From sequence record SRR31156797_15603: a stretch of DNA of 34,931 nucleotides; one strand, 5' to 3'. How positions within the stretch are numbered: the stretch's first letter is position 1; each line of letters starts with the position of its first letter. Under the pieces are notes generated by a model. That model was not told the origin of the DNA and ran no database searches. It was given only the letters and a program-made list of their open reading frames with translations. Position numbers and translations under genes: made by a program. This document shows, one piece after another, positions 1-9,145 of the stretch.

Positions 1-489
1 GATAAAAGTATGGGAAGATATTATCTTGCATTTATCGATCTTCCATTAAAAGAAAATACAAGTGTAGAAAAACCGATTGCTAGAAATAGAGCAAATAGAT
101 TAAAAATGGGAGTAGTTGAAAGTGGAAAATATGCAAAAACCCATTTTTTAAAGCTTGCTCTTAGTGATAATGAAAAATATGAATTGATCGCTGCAAAATT
201 ATTTACAGGACGAACTCATCAAATAAGAGTGCATCTTGAATCAATCCATAGACATATTTTAGGTGATCCATTATATGGATTTAAGGGAAAATTAGATAAA
301 TTCTCTAGGGTATATCTTCATGCATATGGACTGTATTTAAATCATCCAACTAGTGGTGATAAACTCCATTTTTATACCAATTTACCTAAAGATATGAACT
401 CTTTTTATATTGAAAATTTTACAAAGGAAATGTATGATAAAAAAATTGATCTACACTCTATCATCGATAGCTTTCATAGTAGCTTTTAG
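1..489 (+). CDS. RluA/RluD-family pseudouridine synthase, C-terminal part (5' end outside window)
   Basis: Frame is open from base 1. Contains GRTHQIRVH, ILGDPLYG and LHAY..L.HP motifs of RluA-family enzymes. Confidence 0.93.
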   Translation, partial: DKSMGRYYLAFIDLPLKENTSVEKPIARNRANRLKMGVVESGKYAKTHFLKLALSDNEKYELIAAKLFTGRTHQIRVHLESIHRHILGDPLYGFKGKLDKFSRVYLHAYGLYLNHPTSGDKLHFYTNLPKDMNSFYIENFTKEMYDKKIDLHSIIDSFHSSF

Positions 490-1708
490 CGGCTGTCAAA
501 AACAAATAACAACACCAGATAAACCAAAAATCGATCAAAACTTACCAATTGTTGATGTACAATACATCAAATCTATTCCAGATGTAAGAACTGTGGCTTT
601 GGAGTGGAAATCGATCCCTGAAGTAAACGTTGCAGGATATCATATTATTCGAGCTGACTTACAACAAGGTGGAAAGTTTCAAAGGGTAGCAACTATTAAA
701 AATAAATTTGCTACGCACTATGTGGATACAAAATTAAATTCAAATAATAAATATGCTTATAAGATCTCATTATTTACAGAACAAGGAAGTGAATCAATTC
801 CAAGTAATAGTATAGAAGTAACAACTTTACCAAATATAGAATCGGTAAGTTTGATTCAAACAATTAGTGATCTTCCACGTCAGATTAAGATCCTTTGGAG
901 ACCACATCCAAGTCCAAGGATTGAAAAATATATTATCCAAAGAAGTACTCCTACTGAGTCAAAATGGAAAACAATTAAAACGATTCCAAATAGGCTCAAT
1001 GTAGAGTATATTGATACAGATCTTGGAGATAATGAAACTTTTATGTATCGAATCAAAGTAAGAACTTTTGATAAAATTATGTCTGAGCCTAGTGCTATTA
1101 GTACAGCCACTACAAAGCCATTACCTGGTCAAATAAAAGAGTTTAGTGCAACACAAAATCTTCCAAGAAAAATACAACTTTCATGGGGAGAATCTCCAAG
1201 TAAAGATGTAGTTTCATATAATATTTATAGAGCAAGTAGTGCAAATGGATCTTTTTCTAAAATAGCTGTGGCTCCTGCACATCATAATCGATATGATGAT
1301 AATATCAAAGAGGATGGACAGATATATTTTTATAAGATCACTTCAGTTGATAAAGATGGTTTAGAAAGTAAACTAGATGAACTTAGTCCGATTATGGGAG
1401 CAACACTCTCTAGTCCTCAAGTTCCAAAAGTAACTCTTGCTCAGATCCAAGGAAATAAAATGATTCTTAACTGGATTGCAAGTGATAATAGAGCAGTTTC
1501 ATATAATATTTTTAAAAAAACAAAAACAGGATGGAGCACTTCTAATGAGAAGCGTATCACGAATATTGAAGGGCTTCGATTTGAAGATCCAGATGTGGTA
1601 AGAGGTGTTGAGTACACATACGCTTTACAAGCAGTTGATCAATATGGACTTGTATCGAAAAGAACTGAAGAGATTCGAGCATTTTTACCAAAGATAGAAG
1701 AGAAATAA
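434..1708 (+). CDS. flpA: Fibronectin type III repeat lipoprotein (FlpA-like)
   Basis: Start moved to ATG 434 (AAGGA at 424-428). Signal peptide ends in lipobox FSGC. Four Fn3-like units (LEW, ILW, LSW, LNW, each followed by YxI.R/K and YxY.I/L motifs). Same position between the pseudouridine synthase and trmB as C. jejuni flpA. Confidence 0.85.
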   Translation: MIKKLIYTLSSIAFIVAFSGCQKQITTPDKPKIDQNLPIVDVQYIKSIPDVRTVALEWKSIPEVNVAGYHIIRADLQQGGKFQRVATIKNKFATHYVDTKLNSNNKYAYKISLFTEQGSESIPSNSIEVTTLPNIESVSLIQTISDLPRQIKILWRPHPSPRIEKYIIQRSTPTESKWKTIKTIPNRLNVEYIDTDLGDNETFMYRIKVRTFDKIMSEPSAISTATTKPLPGQIKEFSATQNLPRKIQLSWGESPSKDVVSYNIYRASSANGSFSKIAVAPAHHNRYDDNIKEDGQIYFYKITSVDKDGLESKLDELSPIMGATLSSPQVPKVTLAQIQGNKMILNWIASDNRAVSYNIFKKTKTGWSTSNEKRITNIEGLRFEDPDVVRGVEYTYALQAVDQYGLVSKRTEEIRAFLPKIEEK

Positions 1709-1714
1709 GCATAT

Positions 1715-2869
1715 ATGCCACATATTTTGTTAGAATCAGTCCAAGAAGAGTTTACTCTTGATAATAAATTCCCTTTTATCGCAAAAGGGGAGTTTGATAA
1801 CAAGCTAGCAGTGATTGAAGAGGGAAAAGAGTTTTTATTAACCAAGTTAGATAAAAATGGGAATGATCTTATTAAAACAGATATTCCAACAAGACTTAGT
1901 CCAGTAAGTCGCATGAAAAAAGCACTTGATGATTATGCAAAAAAAACTGGACAAAAAGTACTTTTTTCAAATATTCATTCTATCAAAAATAAAGTGGAAC
2001 CTGAAGAGAAGTATCTAAAAGATATCAATTATTTTGTCAATGAATTTGAAACAGATAAAGATATCTATGTGGAAGTTGGATTTGGAAGTGGAAAACACCT
2101 TTTACATCAAGCAAAAGCAAATCCACAGAAGATCATTATAGGTTTAGAGATCCACTACCCATCAATTGAGCAGGTTTTAAAACAAGCTAAATTACAAAAT
2201 ATTGAAAATGTATTGGTGATCAATTATGATGCAAGATTATTTCTAGAGTTTTTAAAATCAAATAGTGTGGAGCGAATTTTTGTACATTTCCCAGTTCCTT
2301 GGGATAAAAAACCACATAGACGGGTGATGAGTGAAGCTTTTATAGACGAGTCTTTAAGAGTTTTAAAAATCGGAGGAACTTTGGAACTTCGAACAGATAG
2401 TAGTAACTATTTTGAATACAATTTAGAGCTTTTACAAAATTTTCATAGTTATCCATATAAGATACTTAAAAATAAAGATCTTGATGTAACAAGTAAATAT
2501 GAAGCACGATGGAAAAAACAAGAAAAAAATATCTGGGATGTGATCATAGAATCCACAAAAGAATCACCTGAACCTATTATAGAGGGTGATTTTACTTTTC
2601 CATATAAATATGATAAATTGATCTTAAAAGAAAAAATATCACGGGATACTATACGAGAGGATGAGTATTTTATTCATATAGAAGATATCTATGATATTAC
2701 AGAACCATTTGAGGGATTACTTATAAAAGTAACCTTTGGGAGTTTTAATAAACCAGTGACAAAATATCTTTTATTACAAAATGGAGATCTAAGATATTTT
2801 CAAGGACCACCAATTCGAACGCGAACGAATCTTGAAGCTCATGCAAAATTGATGGAGATATTAAAGTGA
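1715..2869 (+). CDS. trmB: tRNA (guanine-N7)-methyltransferase TrmB with Campylobacterota-type N- and C-terminal extensions
   Basis: EVGFGSG SAM-binding motif, GLEI, HFPVPWDKKPHRR, LRTD and TSKYE motifs. Confidence 0.95.
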   Translation: MPHILLESVQEEFTLDNKFPFIAKGEFDNKLAVIEEGKEFLLTKLDKNGNDLIKTDIPTRLSPVSRMKKALDDYAKKTGQKVLFSNIHSIKNKVEPEEKYLKDINYFVNEFETDKDIYVEVGFGSGKHLLHQAKANPQKIIIGLEIHYPSIEQVLKQAKLQNIENVLVINYDARLFLEFLKSNSVERIFVHFPVPWDKKPHRRVMSEAFIDESLRVLKIGGTLELRTDSSNYFEYNLELLQNFHSYPYKILKNKDLDVTSKYEARWKKQEKNIWDVIIESTKESPEPIIEGDFTFPYKYDKLILKEKISRDTIREDEYFIHIEDIYDITEPFEGLLIKVTFGSFNKPVTKYLLLQNGDLRYFQGPPIRTRTNLEAHAKLMEILK

Positions 2870-3528
2870 TTTTAGCAAATAATCTTACACTGTCCTATGA
2901 TAATAAAAAAAATATTATAGAAAATGCCAATTTTAAGATAAAAGAGAAAGAGTTTATTTTTATTAGTGGTTCAAGTGGAAGTGGAAAATCAACACTGTTA
3001 AAATCTTTTTATGGAGAACTTGGTGTAAAAGCTGGACATCTTTTAGTGAATCGCGTGGATTTGAGTAAAAATAAATATGCTTCGCTTTTAGCTTTACGAA
3101 AAAATCTAGGGATCGTATTTCAAGATTATAAGCTGATAAAAGAGTATACCATAGAAGAGAATATCATGCTTCCTCTTAAGGTGCATAACTACGATGATAA
3201 TGTATCAAAGGCTCAGGTAAAAAAGCTTTTAAAACATGTAAAACTTAGCCATAAAATTGGAGCTTACCCAGAAGAGCTGAGTGGTGGGGAGCAACAACGT
3301 GTGGCAGTTGCACGTGCACTTGCTCACAATCCAAGTATTATCTTTGCAGATGAGCCTACAGGAAATCTTGATGATTACTCTTCTGATGTTATCTGGACTC
3401 TACTTAAAAATGCCAATGAGCAATTAGGGATCACTGTAGTAGTAGTAACTCATAGAATCCCAAAAGACCATGGGATAAAATATAGAAGATTTAATATTGA
3501 TGAGGGAGTGGTGTATGAAGCTTCTTAA
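2866..3528 (+). CDS. ftsE: Cell division ABC ATPase FtsE
   Basis: Walker A GSSGSGKST, VFQDYKL, LSGGEQQRVAVARA and ADEPTGNLD. GTG start overlaps the trmB stop; lies upstream of ftsX. Confidence 0.93.
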   Translation: MILANNLTLSYDNKKNIIENANFKIKEKEFIFISGSSGSGKSTLLKSFYGELGVKAGHLLVNRVDLSKNKYASLLALRKNLGIVFQDYKLIKEYTIEENIMLPLKVHNYDDNVSKAQVKKLLKHVKLSHKIGAYPEELSGGEQQRVAVARALAHNPSIIFADEPTGNLDDYSSDVIWTLLKNANEQLGITVVVVTHRIPKDHGIKYRRFNIDEGVVYEAS

Positions 3529-4321
3529 ATCGTTTTTTTCATTCTCTTTTCCTTTAACAATTATGCTTTTTATTTTTGCTATATTTTTACTTGTAAATAA
3601 GGTAGTAAATAGTTATAAATATAGTATTATTAATGATTACTCTATTATCGTAATTACAAACACTCCATTTGTCCATATTGATGAGATCGCTGATATGAAA
3701 ATAAAAGATATTGAGCCTATTAATCGTGGAAAGATTATCGATAGTGTAAAAGAGAATCTCTCACAAAGTTCAATTAATCTTTTAGATAAAAAGCTTCCAT
3801 ATTTTTATAAAATATATTTAGAAAACTTTCCAACCACATCAAAACTTGTGGAGATTAGAAAAGAGCTTCAAAAGATCAAAAATGTAAAAAAGATAGAGAC
3901 CTTTTCCAATGATCATAGTAAGATCTATTCTCTTTTGATCTTGCTTCAAGATATTGTATTGGTACTTTTTGTGATCGTCTTAGCCCTTTCACTTTTACTT
4001 CTTTCAAAACAGATTAAGATATGGTTTTTTGAACATAGTGAGAGGATCTCAATTATTCAGCTTCATGGTGGATCTTTGATGTATGCTTCAAAACCTATTA
4101 TCAAAATCATATTTTTAAGTGCATTTATCTCAAGTGCAGTTGTAATAGGGGTGCTATTTTTAATTGCAAATAATCTTTCAGTTATTATGCAGCCTGAAAT
4201 ACTCTCAATTTTACCACAGGTGATCCATTTAGAGTTTGAAGCAGTACAGATATTAGCTTTGTCTTTTATTATCCCATTTATTACGTTTTTTGGATTGCTG
4301 ATTCAATATAAAATGAAATAG
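3515..4321 (+). CDS. ftsX: Cell division permease FtsX
   Basis: N-terminal TM helix, periplasmic domain (LPYFYKI), then three TM segments with an ERISIIQLHGG FtsX-type motif. Start moved to ATG 3515 after GGAG. Lies between ftsE and envC. Confidence 0.88.
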   Translation: MKLLKSFFSFSFPLTIMLFIFAIFLLVNKVVNSYKYSIINDYSIIVITNTPFVHIDEIADMKIKDIEPINRGKIIDSVKENLSQSSINLLDKKLPYFYKIYLENFPTTSKLVEIRKELQKIKNVKKIETFSNDHSKIYSLLILLQDIVLVLFVIVLALSLLLLSKQIKIWFFEHSERISIIQLHGGSLMYASKPIIKIIFLSAFISSAVVIGVLFLIANNLSVIMQPEILSILPQVIHLEFEAVQILALSFIIPFITFFGLLIQYKMK

Positions 4322-4323
4322 TG

Positions 4324-5727
4324 ATGATTAGATATAGTTTTTTCTTTTTTCTCTTTGTTATCTCTTCTTTTGCATCTATTGCAGAGATAGATAAAAAGAT
4401 CGATCAAAATAAAAAGCAGATCGAGAATGTATTAGAGAGAAAATCAAGTATAGATAAAAATATTCAAAATCTAGGCGATAAGATCAATAAAGAAGAGTCT
4501 GAATATGGTCAGATAGTTGATATCTTAGAAAAAACAAACACCCAACTTCTTTTAAATAGAATGAAACTTTCAAATGCAAAATCGAAAGTAGAGACTCTTC
4601 AAAGTGAAGCCCAAAAGTTAGAAAAAGAGAAGCTTAAAACAGAAGAAGATGTTTTAGAGTTTGTGATAGAAAAATATGCTATGAGTATGGGGATCGATCA
4701 AGCAGATAAAGAGTCTATGAAAGATGTGATCGCAAAAGAGACTTATACTTTGATCTTTGATAATGTCAAAGAGGAGATCACAGAACTGAATATCAAGTAT
4801 CTAAAGATCAATAAATCAATTAGAGAAAATGAACAAAAGATTAGAGAGATAGATCAGTATATCAAAGAGCAAAATGCGATCCAGAGAAAATATGAAAACC
4901 TTGTAGCAGTTCATGAAAAAAAGTTAAACTCTTTAAAAGGTAAGCATAAACAATACCAGACCCATTTACAATCTTTAGTGAATAAACAAAATGAGATCAC
5001 AGATCTTTTAGGAAGCTTGAATATCCTAAAAAAAGAAGAGATCAAAAAAGAAGAAGAGCGAATCAGAAAAGAAAAAGAGGAGCAACGAAGAAAAGAGTTA
5101 GCAAGAAAACGAGCTGAAGAGAGAAAAAAAGCATTGGCTAAAAAAAAGGAACAAGAGAGACAAAAAGCAGCTTCTCAGGCAAAAAAAGCTTTAAAAGAAA
5201 AGTTTGTTGATGCAACTACTCCAAAAGAGAAAACTAAACCTACTAAAGAGCTTGCTCTAGATAGAAAAAGACTGGATGAAGATATCGATATAGAGGTTCG
5301 AAAAATAGGATCTTCTGCTAAAGGGATCAAGATCTCAAAATATAATGGGCAAAAAACAATGGCACCATTAAAATCATATGCTGTGACAAAAAAGTTTGGA
5401 AAGTATTATGATAAAGTATATAAGATGGAGCTGTTTAATGAGTCTGTTTCATTAAAGACAAAAATTCCTAATGCAAAAGTATTTAGTATCTTTAAAGGGC
5501 AGGTTGTATATGCCAAACAAAACTCAGGACTTTTAGAGAATGTTGTGATTGTAAAGCATCAAAATAATCTGCATACTATCTATTCTCATCTTGATAAAAT
5601 AGCGCCAACACTAAAAGTAGGAAAGTGGATCCCTAAAGGGTATGTGGTTGGGCGTGTGAGTGATACATTAGAGTTTCAGGCTACAAAAAATAGTAGATAT
5701 ATAGATCCATTAAAATTAATAAAATAG
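4324..5727 (+). CDS. envC: Murein hydrolase activator EnvC family (coiled coil plus degenerate M23/LytM domain)
   Basis: Signal peptide, long coiled coil, C-terminal LytM-like domain (FGK..., V.VKH, TIYSHL, LEFQ, IDP) lacking HxxxD. Follows ftsEX. GTG 4321 is an alternative start. Confidence 0.85.
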   Translation: MIRYSFFFFLFVISSFASIAEIDKKIDQNKKQIENVLERKSSIDKNIQNLGDKINKEESEYGQIVDILEKTNTQLLLNRMKLSNAKSKVETLQSEAQKLEKEKLKTEEDVLEFVIEKYAMSMGIDQADKESMKDVIAKETYTLIFDNVKEEITELNIKYLKINKSIRENEQKIREIDQYIKEQNAIQRKYENLVAVHEKKLNSLKGKHKQYQTHLQSLVNKQNEITDLLGSLNILKKEEIKKEEERIRKEKEEQRRKELARKRAEERKKALAKKKEQERQKAASQAKKALKEKFVDATTPKEKTKPTKELALDRKRLDEDIDIEVRKIGSSAKGIKISKYNGQKTMAPLKSYAVTKKFGKYYDKVYKMELFNESVSLKTKIPNAKVFSIFKGQVVYAKQNSGLLENVVIVKHQNNLHTIYSHLDKIAPTLKVGKWIPKGYVVGRVSDTLEFQATKNSRYIDPLKLIK

Positions 5728-5734
5728 GATAAGA

Positions 5735-6724
5735 ATGAAAGCATTAGCATTATTTAGTGGTGGGTTAGATTCTGTATTGTCAATGAAGTTGATCAAAGAT
5801 CAAGGGATCGAGGTAGTTGCAGTTCATATCAATATTGGATTTGGATCAACAGTAGATAGAACAGAACATCTTAAAAATATGTGTTCTCAAATAGGAGTTG
5901 AGCTTCAGATCTTAGATCTAAGAGAGATCTATTTAGATGAAGTATTATTTGATCCAAAATATGGATATGGCAAAAATTTTAATCCATGTATCGATTGTCA
6001 TGGATTTATGTTCAGGCATACAGGAAGACTTTTAGAAAAACTTAAAGCAGACTTTATGATTAGTGGTGAAGTGATTGGACAACGTCCTATGAGCCAACGA
6101 AAAGATGCTTTGGAAAATGTAAAAAGTCTCAGTGAGTTTGATGATCTAATTGTAAGGCCAATGTGTGCAAAACATTTAGAACCTTCAAAACCTGAAAGAG
6201 AAGGTTGGATAGATAGAGATAAGCTTCTCGATATTAGCGGAAGAAGCCGTCAAAGACAATTGGAGATGGCAAAAGAGATAGGACTACAGGACTTTGAATC
6301 TCCAGGAGGAGGATGTCTTTTAACAGAAGAACAGTTTTCTAGTCGTCTAAGAGATTTTGTAGATCATGACACTCTAGAAATTGATGATATCAATACTTTA
6401 AAAGCTGGTCGTCATCTAAGACTTCCTGATGGAGCAAAACTTATTATTGGTCGTCATAAAGAGGATAATGAAAAGCTTGAAGCAACACAAAGTGATAAAT
6501 ATTATAAAGGACGAATTCAAAATGCCACAGGACCTTTTGTACTTTTCCAAAAAGATGCTTCAGAGGCTGATAAAAAACTAGCAGCACAGCTGATCGTAAC
6601 ATATGGAAAAACTGAACTTGATAAAACATATAGTGTAAAATTTTTTGATAATGAAAAAGAAGTATTTCAAGTAGAAGCTATGAAACTTCCTTCAAAAGAG
6701 GAAGCCTCGAAGTATTTTGTATAA
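5735..6724 (+). CDS. PP-loop ATP pyrophosphatase, MnmA/ThiI-like putative tRNA sulfurtransferase
   Basis: SGGLDS PP-loop, NPCIDCH, GEVIGQRPMSQ and GGGCLLT motifs; C-terminal GRH.RL..GR domain. Confidence 0.75.
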   Translation: MKALALFSGGLDSVLSMKLIKDQGIEVVAVHINIGFGSTVDRTEHLKNMCSQIGVELQILDLREIYLDEVLFDPKYGYGKNFNPCIDCHGFMFRHTGRLLEKLKADFMISGEVIGQRPMSQRKDALENVKSLSEFDDLIVRPMCAKHLEPSKPEREGWIDRDKLLDISGRSRQRQLEMAKEIGLQDFESPGGGCLLTEEQFSSRLRDFVDHDTLEIDDINTLKAGRHLRLPDGAKLIIGRHKEDNEKLEATQSDKYYKGRIQNATGPFVLFQKDASEADKKLAAQLIVTYGKTELDKTYSVKFFDNEKEVFQVEAMKLPSKEEASKYFV

Positions 6725-6750
6725 AAGAGAAGAAATTACTTCTCTTTTTT
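6723..6750. terminator. Intrinsic terminator hairpin between convergent genes
   Basis: AAAAGAGAAG-aaatta-CTTCTCTTTT perfect 10-bp stem running into a T tract, right at the + operon stop and overlapping the 3' end of the minus-strand gene. Confidence 0.6.
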
Positions 6751-8349
6751 ATCCTTTCCATCTTCATCCTCATCTTCTTCTGAAAGTTGTCCATTTAATA
6801 ATCCACCACTTCGCATCTCATTAATTGATTCTTGTATAGCATCAAGTCGCTCTTCAATCTTTAGATCTGCTAATGAGGCAAAGCTCATATCTCCAGTACT
6901 TTTATAAGTGCTATCACTCACATCTAAAATAGCTACTCCTGTTATTCTTTTTTGTAACTCTACAATAGCTCTTTCGATCTCTTTGATCATATCATTGATA
7001 TCTTCTAAAGAACCAGTTCCATTCTCTTTATACTCTTTGATCTTCTTTCGAATCTCTTTAAGAAGCTCTTCAATATGTTCAAGTTCTTCAACTGTAAACC
7101 CAGTTTTAAGCATTGATTTTATATCTTCTACTAAAGCTCTCATCCGTTCAAGTGGATCATTATTGTCATGGATACTTTGATTATTAAATGATTTATTCAT
7201 ATGATCAAGTCGTGTAAATGCTCCAACCATAGCTTGATAGACCTCTTTTTCTTCTTCAGTAGTTGCGTTATCAAGTTTTACTTGATACTCAGCAGTTTTT
7301 TTAGTAATAAACTGACTGAGTCCACCATGCTCATTAAAGTCAACACTTTGGAGTTCAGGATAGGCAAAGATTTTATCACTTAATTTGGTTCCAGTGATAT
7401 CATACATAAAAGTTTCAAGTGTCTCTTCATCGTCTATTTTTCTAATAGAATGAAAAATCGCTTTATTAAAACTTTCATTGTTGCTGATTGCAGTAGAGCT
7501 TATAAGCATTCCTGCTCTTCTATCCATATCAATAAGAGTTGTTGGTATAGGTTCACCATTTTCATCTTTTCTCATAAGATACTCAGGAAATGCTTGGGCT
7601 TGTTCATAGGTAAAATACTCTACTTCATCATATGAAACATAACCATCTTCTATAATTTTTTGAAACATTTTTTCATATTGATTTGTGCTTTCAGATGTTT
7701 GTACCACCTCATTAGTATTAGAAGTGGAGTTTGTAGGTGTAGTTGTATTAGTCCTTGTATAACTTGCTAAAGCAGCATTGTTTTCATTAGTTTTTGCATT
7801 ATACTGTTCTACTATATATTGAGCTACTTCTATAATTTTATCTGTATCAGCACCTTGAACCCACTCTTTATCACTCTGTTTTTGAATATTTTTTTGAATA
7901 TTTGTTAAAAACTCCAACATCTCATTGGCATCTTTCATATTTACGCCAGATTCTGGGATTGAAAAGTTATTATCAACAAAGCTTTTAGCATCTAGCGTTT
8001 GTACCGCAAGTAGTTGCGCTTGGAAATACATTTTCCCATTATTTGTACCATTTTTTATATCATCAACATATATATCAAATACAATAGAGTTAAAAGTATC
8101 ATCATTTGTCCATGAAGCGGTGTGCTTTAATCCTATTGCATGTTTTAAAGCCTCTTCATCATTTGAAAAAATCTTTTCTAACTCTTCTTCACTCAAACTT
8201 TGATACTCTTCAAATGATATCTCTTGAGGTTTAGGATCACTATTTAATAAAGATTGAAAAAGGTCACTATTACTAGTTTGATTTACTTGTGTATTTTTAG
8301 AATCACCACTTATATAGTTTGCCGTTGTTGTATTTTGTACTTCTTGCAT
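6736..8349 (-). CDS. Hypothetical acidic protein, 537 aa, with internal duplication and C-terminal coiled coil
   Basis: Long ORF with host-like composition. No signal peptide or recognisable family. T/N/S-rich segments precede two similar modules. Confidence 0.85.
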   Translation of the reverse strand: MQEVQNTTTANYISGDSKNTQVNQTSNSDLFQSLLNSDPKPQEISFEEYQSLSEEELEKIFSNDEEALKHAIGLKHTASWTNDDTFNSIVFDIYVDDIKNGTNNGKMYFQAQLLAVQTLDAKSFVDNNFSIPESGVNMKDANEMLEFLTNIQKNIQKQSDKEWVQGADTDKIIEVAQYIVEQYNAKTNENNAALASYTRTNTTTPTNSTSNTNEVVQTSESTNQYEKMFQKIIEDGYVSYDEVEYFTYEQAQAFPEYLMRKDENGEPIPTTLIDMDRRAGMLISSTAISNNESFNKAIFHSIRKIDDEETLETFMYDITGTKLSDKIFAYPELQSVDFNEHGGLSQFITKKTAEYQVKLDNATTEEEKEVYQAMVGAFTRLDHMNKSFNNQSIHDNNDPLERMRALVEDIKSMLKTGFTVEELEHIEELLKEIRKKIKEYKENGTGSLEDINDMIKEIERAIVELQKRITGVAILDVSDSTYKSTGDMSFASLADLKIEERLDAIQESINEMRSGGLLNGQLSEEDEDEDGKDKKEK

Positions 8350-8351
8350 TT

Positions 8352-9062
8352 TTAATTCTCTTGAGTTGTATTTTCTAATGGATTTTGTTTTGTATTTTTT
8401 GTATAGCTTTCAAGCAATACTTCCTCTTCTTTTGCTTTTTTATAGTTTTTCTCTAGTGCTATTAAAAACTCTCTTAAAGTATTTTTTAGTTCTGTATTTG
8501 TTTCATTTGGATTTTTTGGATCTAAGAGGGTGTTGATATTATTTTTAATATCTTCATAAGAGTATGCTTTGTATCCACCATCTACAATTTGTCCATTTTC
8601 AATTTTAATATTTGGAGGAAACATTATAAACGAGCTTATCATCACATCTTTAAAGTCCATAGTATTATATGTTTCAACTAGAGCTTTTTTTGTTGTACTA
8701 TCTAAAGATTCTGGAATTAGTCCTTTTGTTTTTGCTATTCCATCTTCCCTAAATCCATCTTTATTAAAGTCATATTTTTCATAATAATGAAGTAAAAGAT
8801 TATAAGCTCCCTCATCACTTAAAGAATCTACATTAATCTCATCGGCTAGTCTTGTATAGTTTTGTAAAGTGGAAAGTTCCTCTTTTGAAAGAGAGTTTAA
8901 AAACTCTTTTGCATTATCTATAGAGACACCTTGCTCTTTTGCCTCTGCATATATTTCTTCAAAATTCTCTTTATATGGCTTACGTACCTCATAGAAACTA
9001 TCAGCCATTTTAAGCTCTTTCATTATTGATACATGCTCTTGGTAATTTGAATCAATTTTCAT
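8352..9062 (-). CDS. Hypothetical protein, 236 aa, with DxNxDG (EF-hand-like) loop
   Basis: Start moved to ATG 9062 (AAAGGA SD upstream). YDFNKDGFRE motif. 2-bp gap to the downstream gene implies an operon. Confidence 0.85.
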   Translation of the reverse strand: MKIDSNYQEHVSIMKELKMADSFYEVRKPYKENFEEIYAEAKEQGVSIDNAKEFLNSLSKEELSTLQNYTRLADEINVDSLSDEGAYNLLLHYYEKYDFNKDGFREDGIAKTKGLIPESLDSTTKKALVETYNTMDFKDVMISSFIMFPPNIKIENGQIVDGGYKAYSYEDIKNNINTLLDPKNPNETNTELKNTLREFLIALEKNYKKAKEEEVLLESYTKNTKQNPLENTTQEN

Positions 9063-9091
9063 AAAATATCCTTTAAAGATCAATTATGAAA

Positions 9092-9129
9092 ATGATACCA
9101 AAAACTTGTCACAATGGTGTCACAAGTTT
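9092..9129 (-). promoter_or_regulatory. Promoter with extended -10 (TGGTATCAT) and an 11-bp-period direct repeat at the -35 position
   Basis: Plus-strand TGTCACAA at 9107-9114 and 9118-9125. Minus-strand TATCAT at 9097-9092, 9 nt away. Also an inverted repeat AAACTTGT/ACAAGTTT (9102-9109/9122-9129). Confidence 0.6.
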
Positions 9130-9145
9130 GATAAATTGAAAAGTT

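Noticed and set aside
5030-5200. A/G-rich quasi-repeats in envC
   Set aside because: Explained by a K/E/R/A-rich charged helix; no exact tandem unit.
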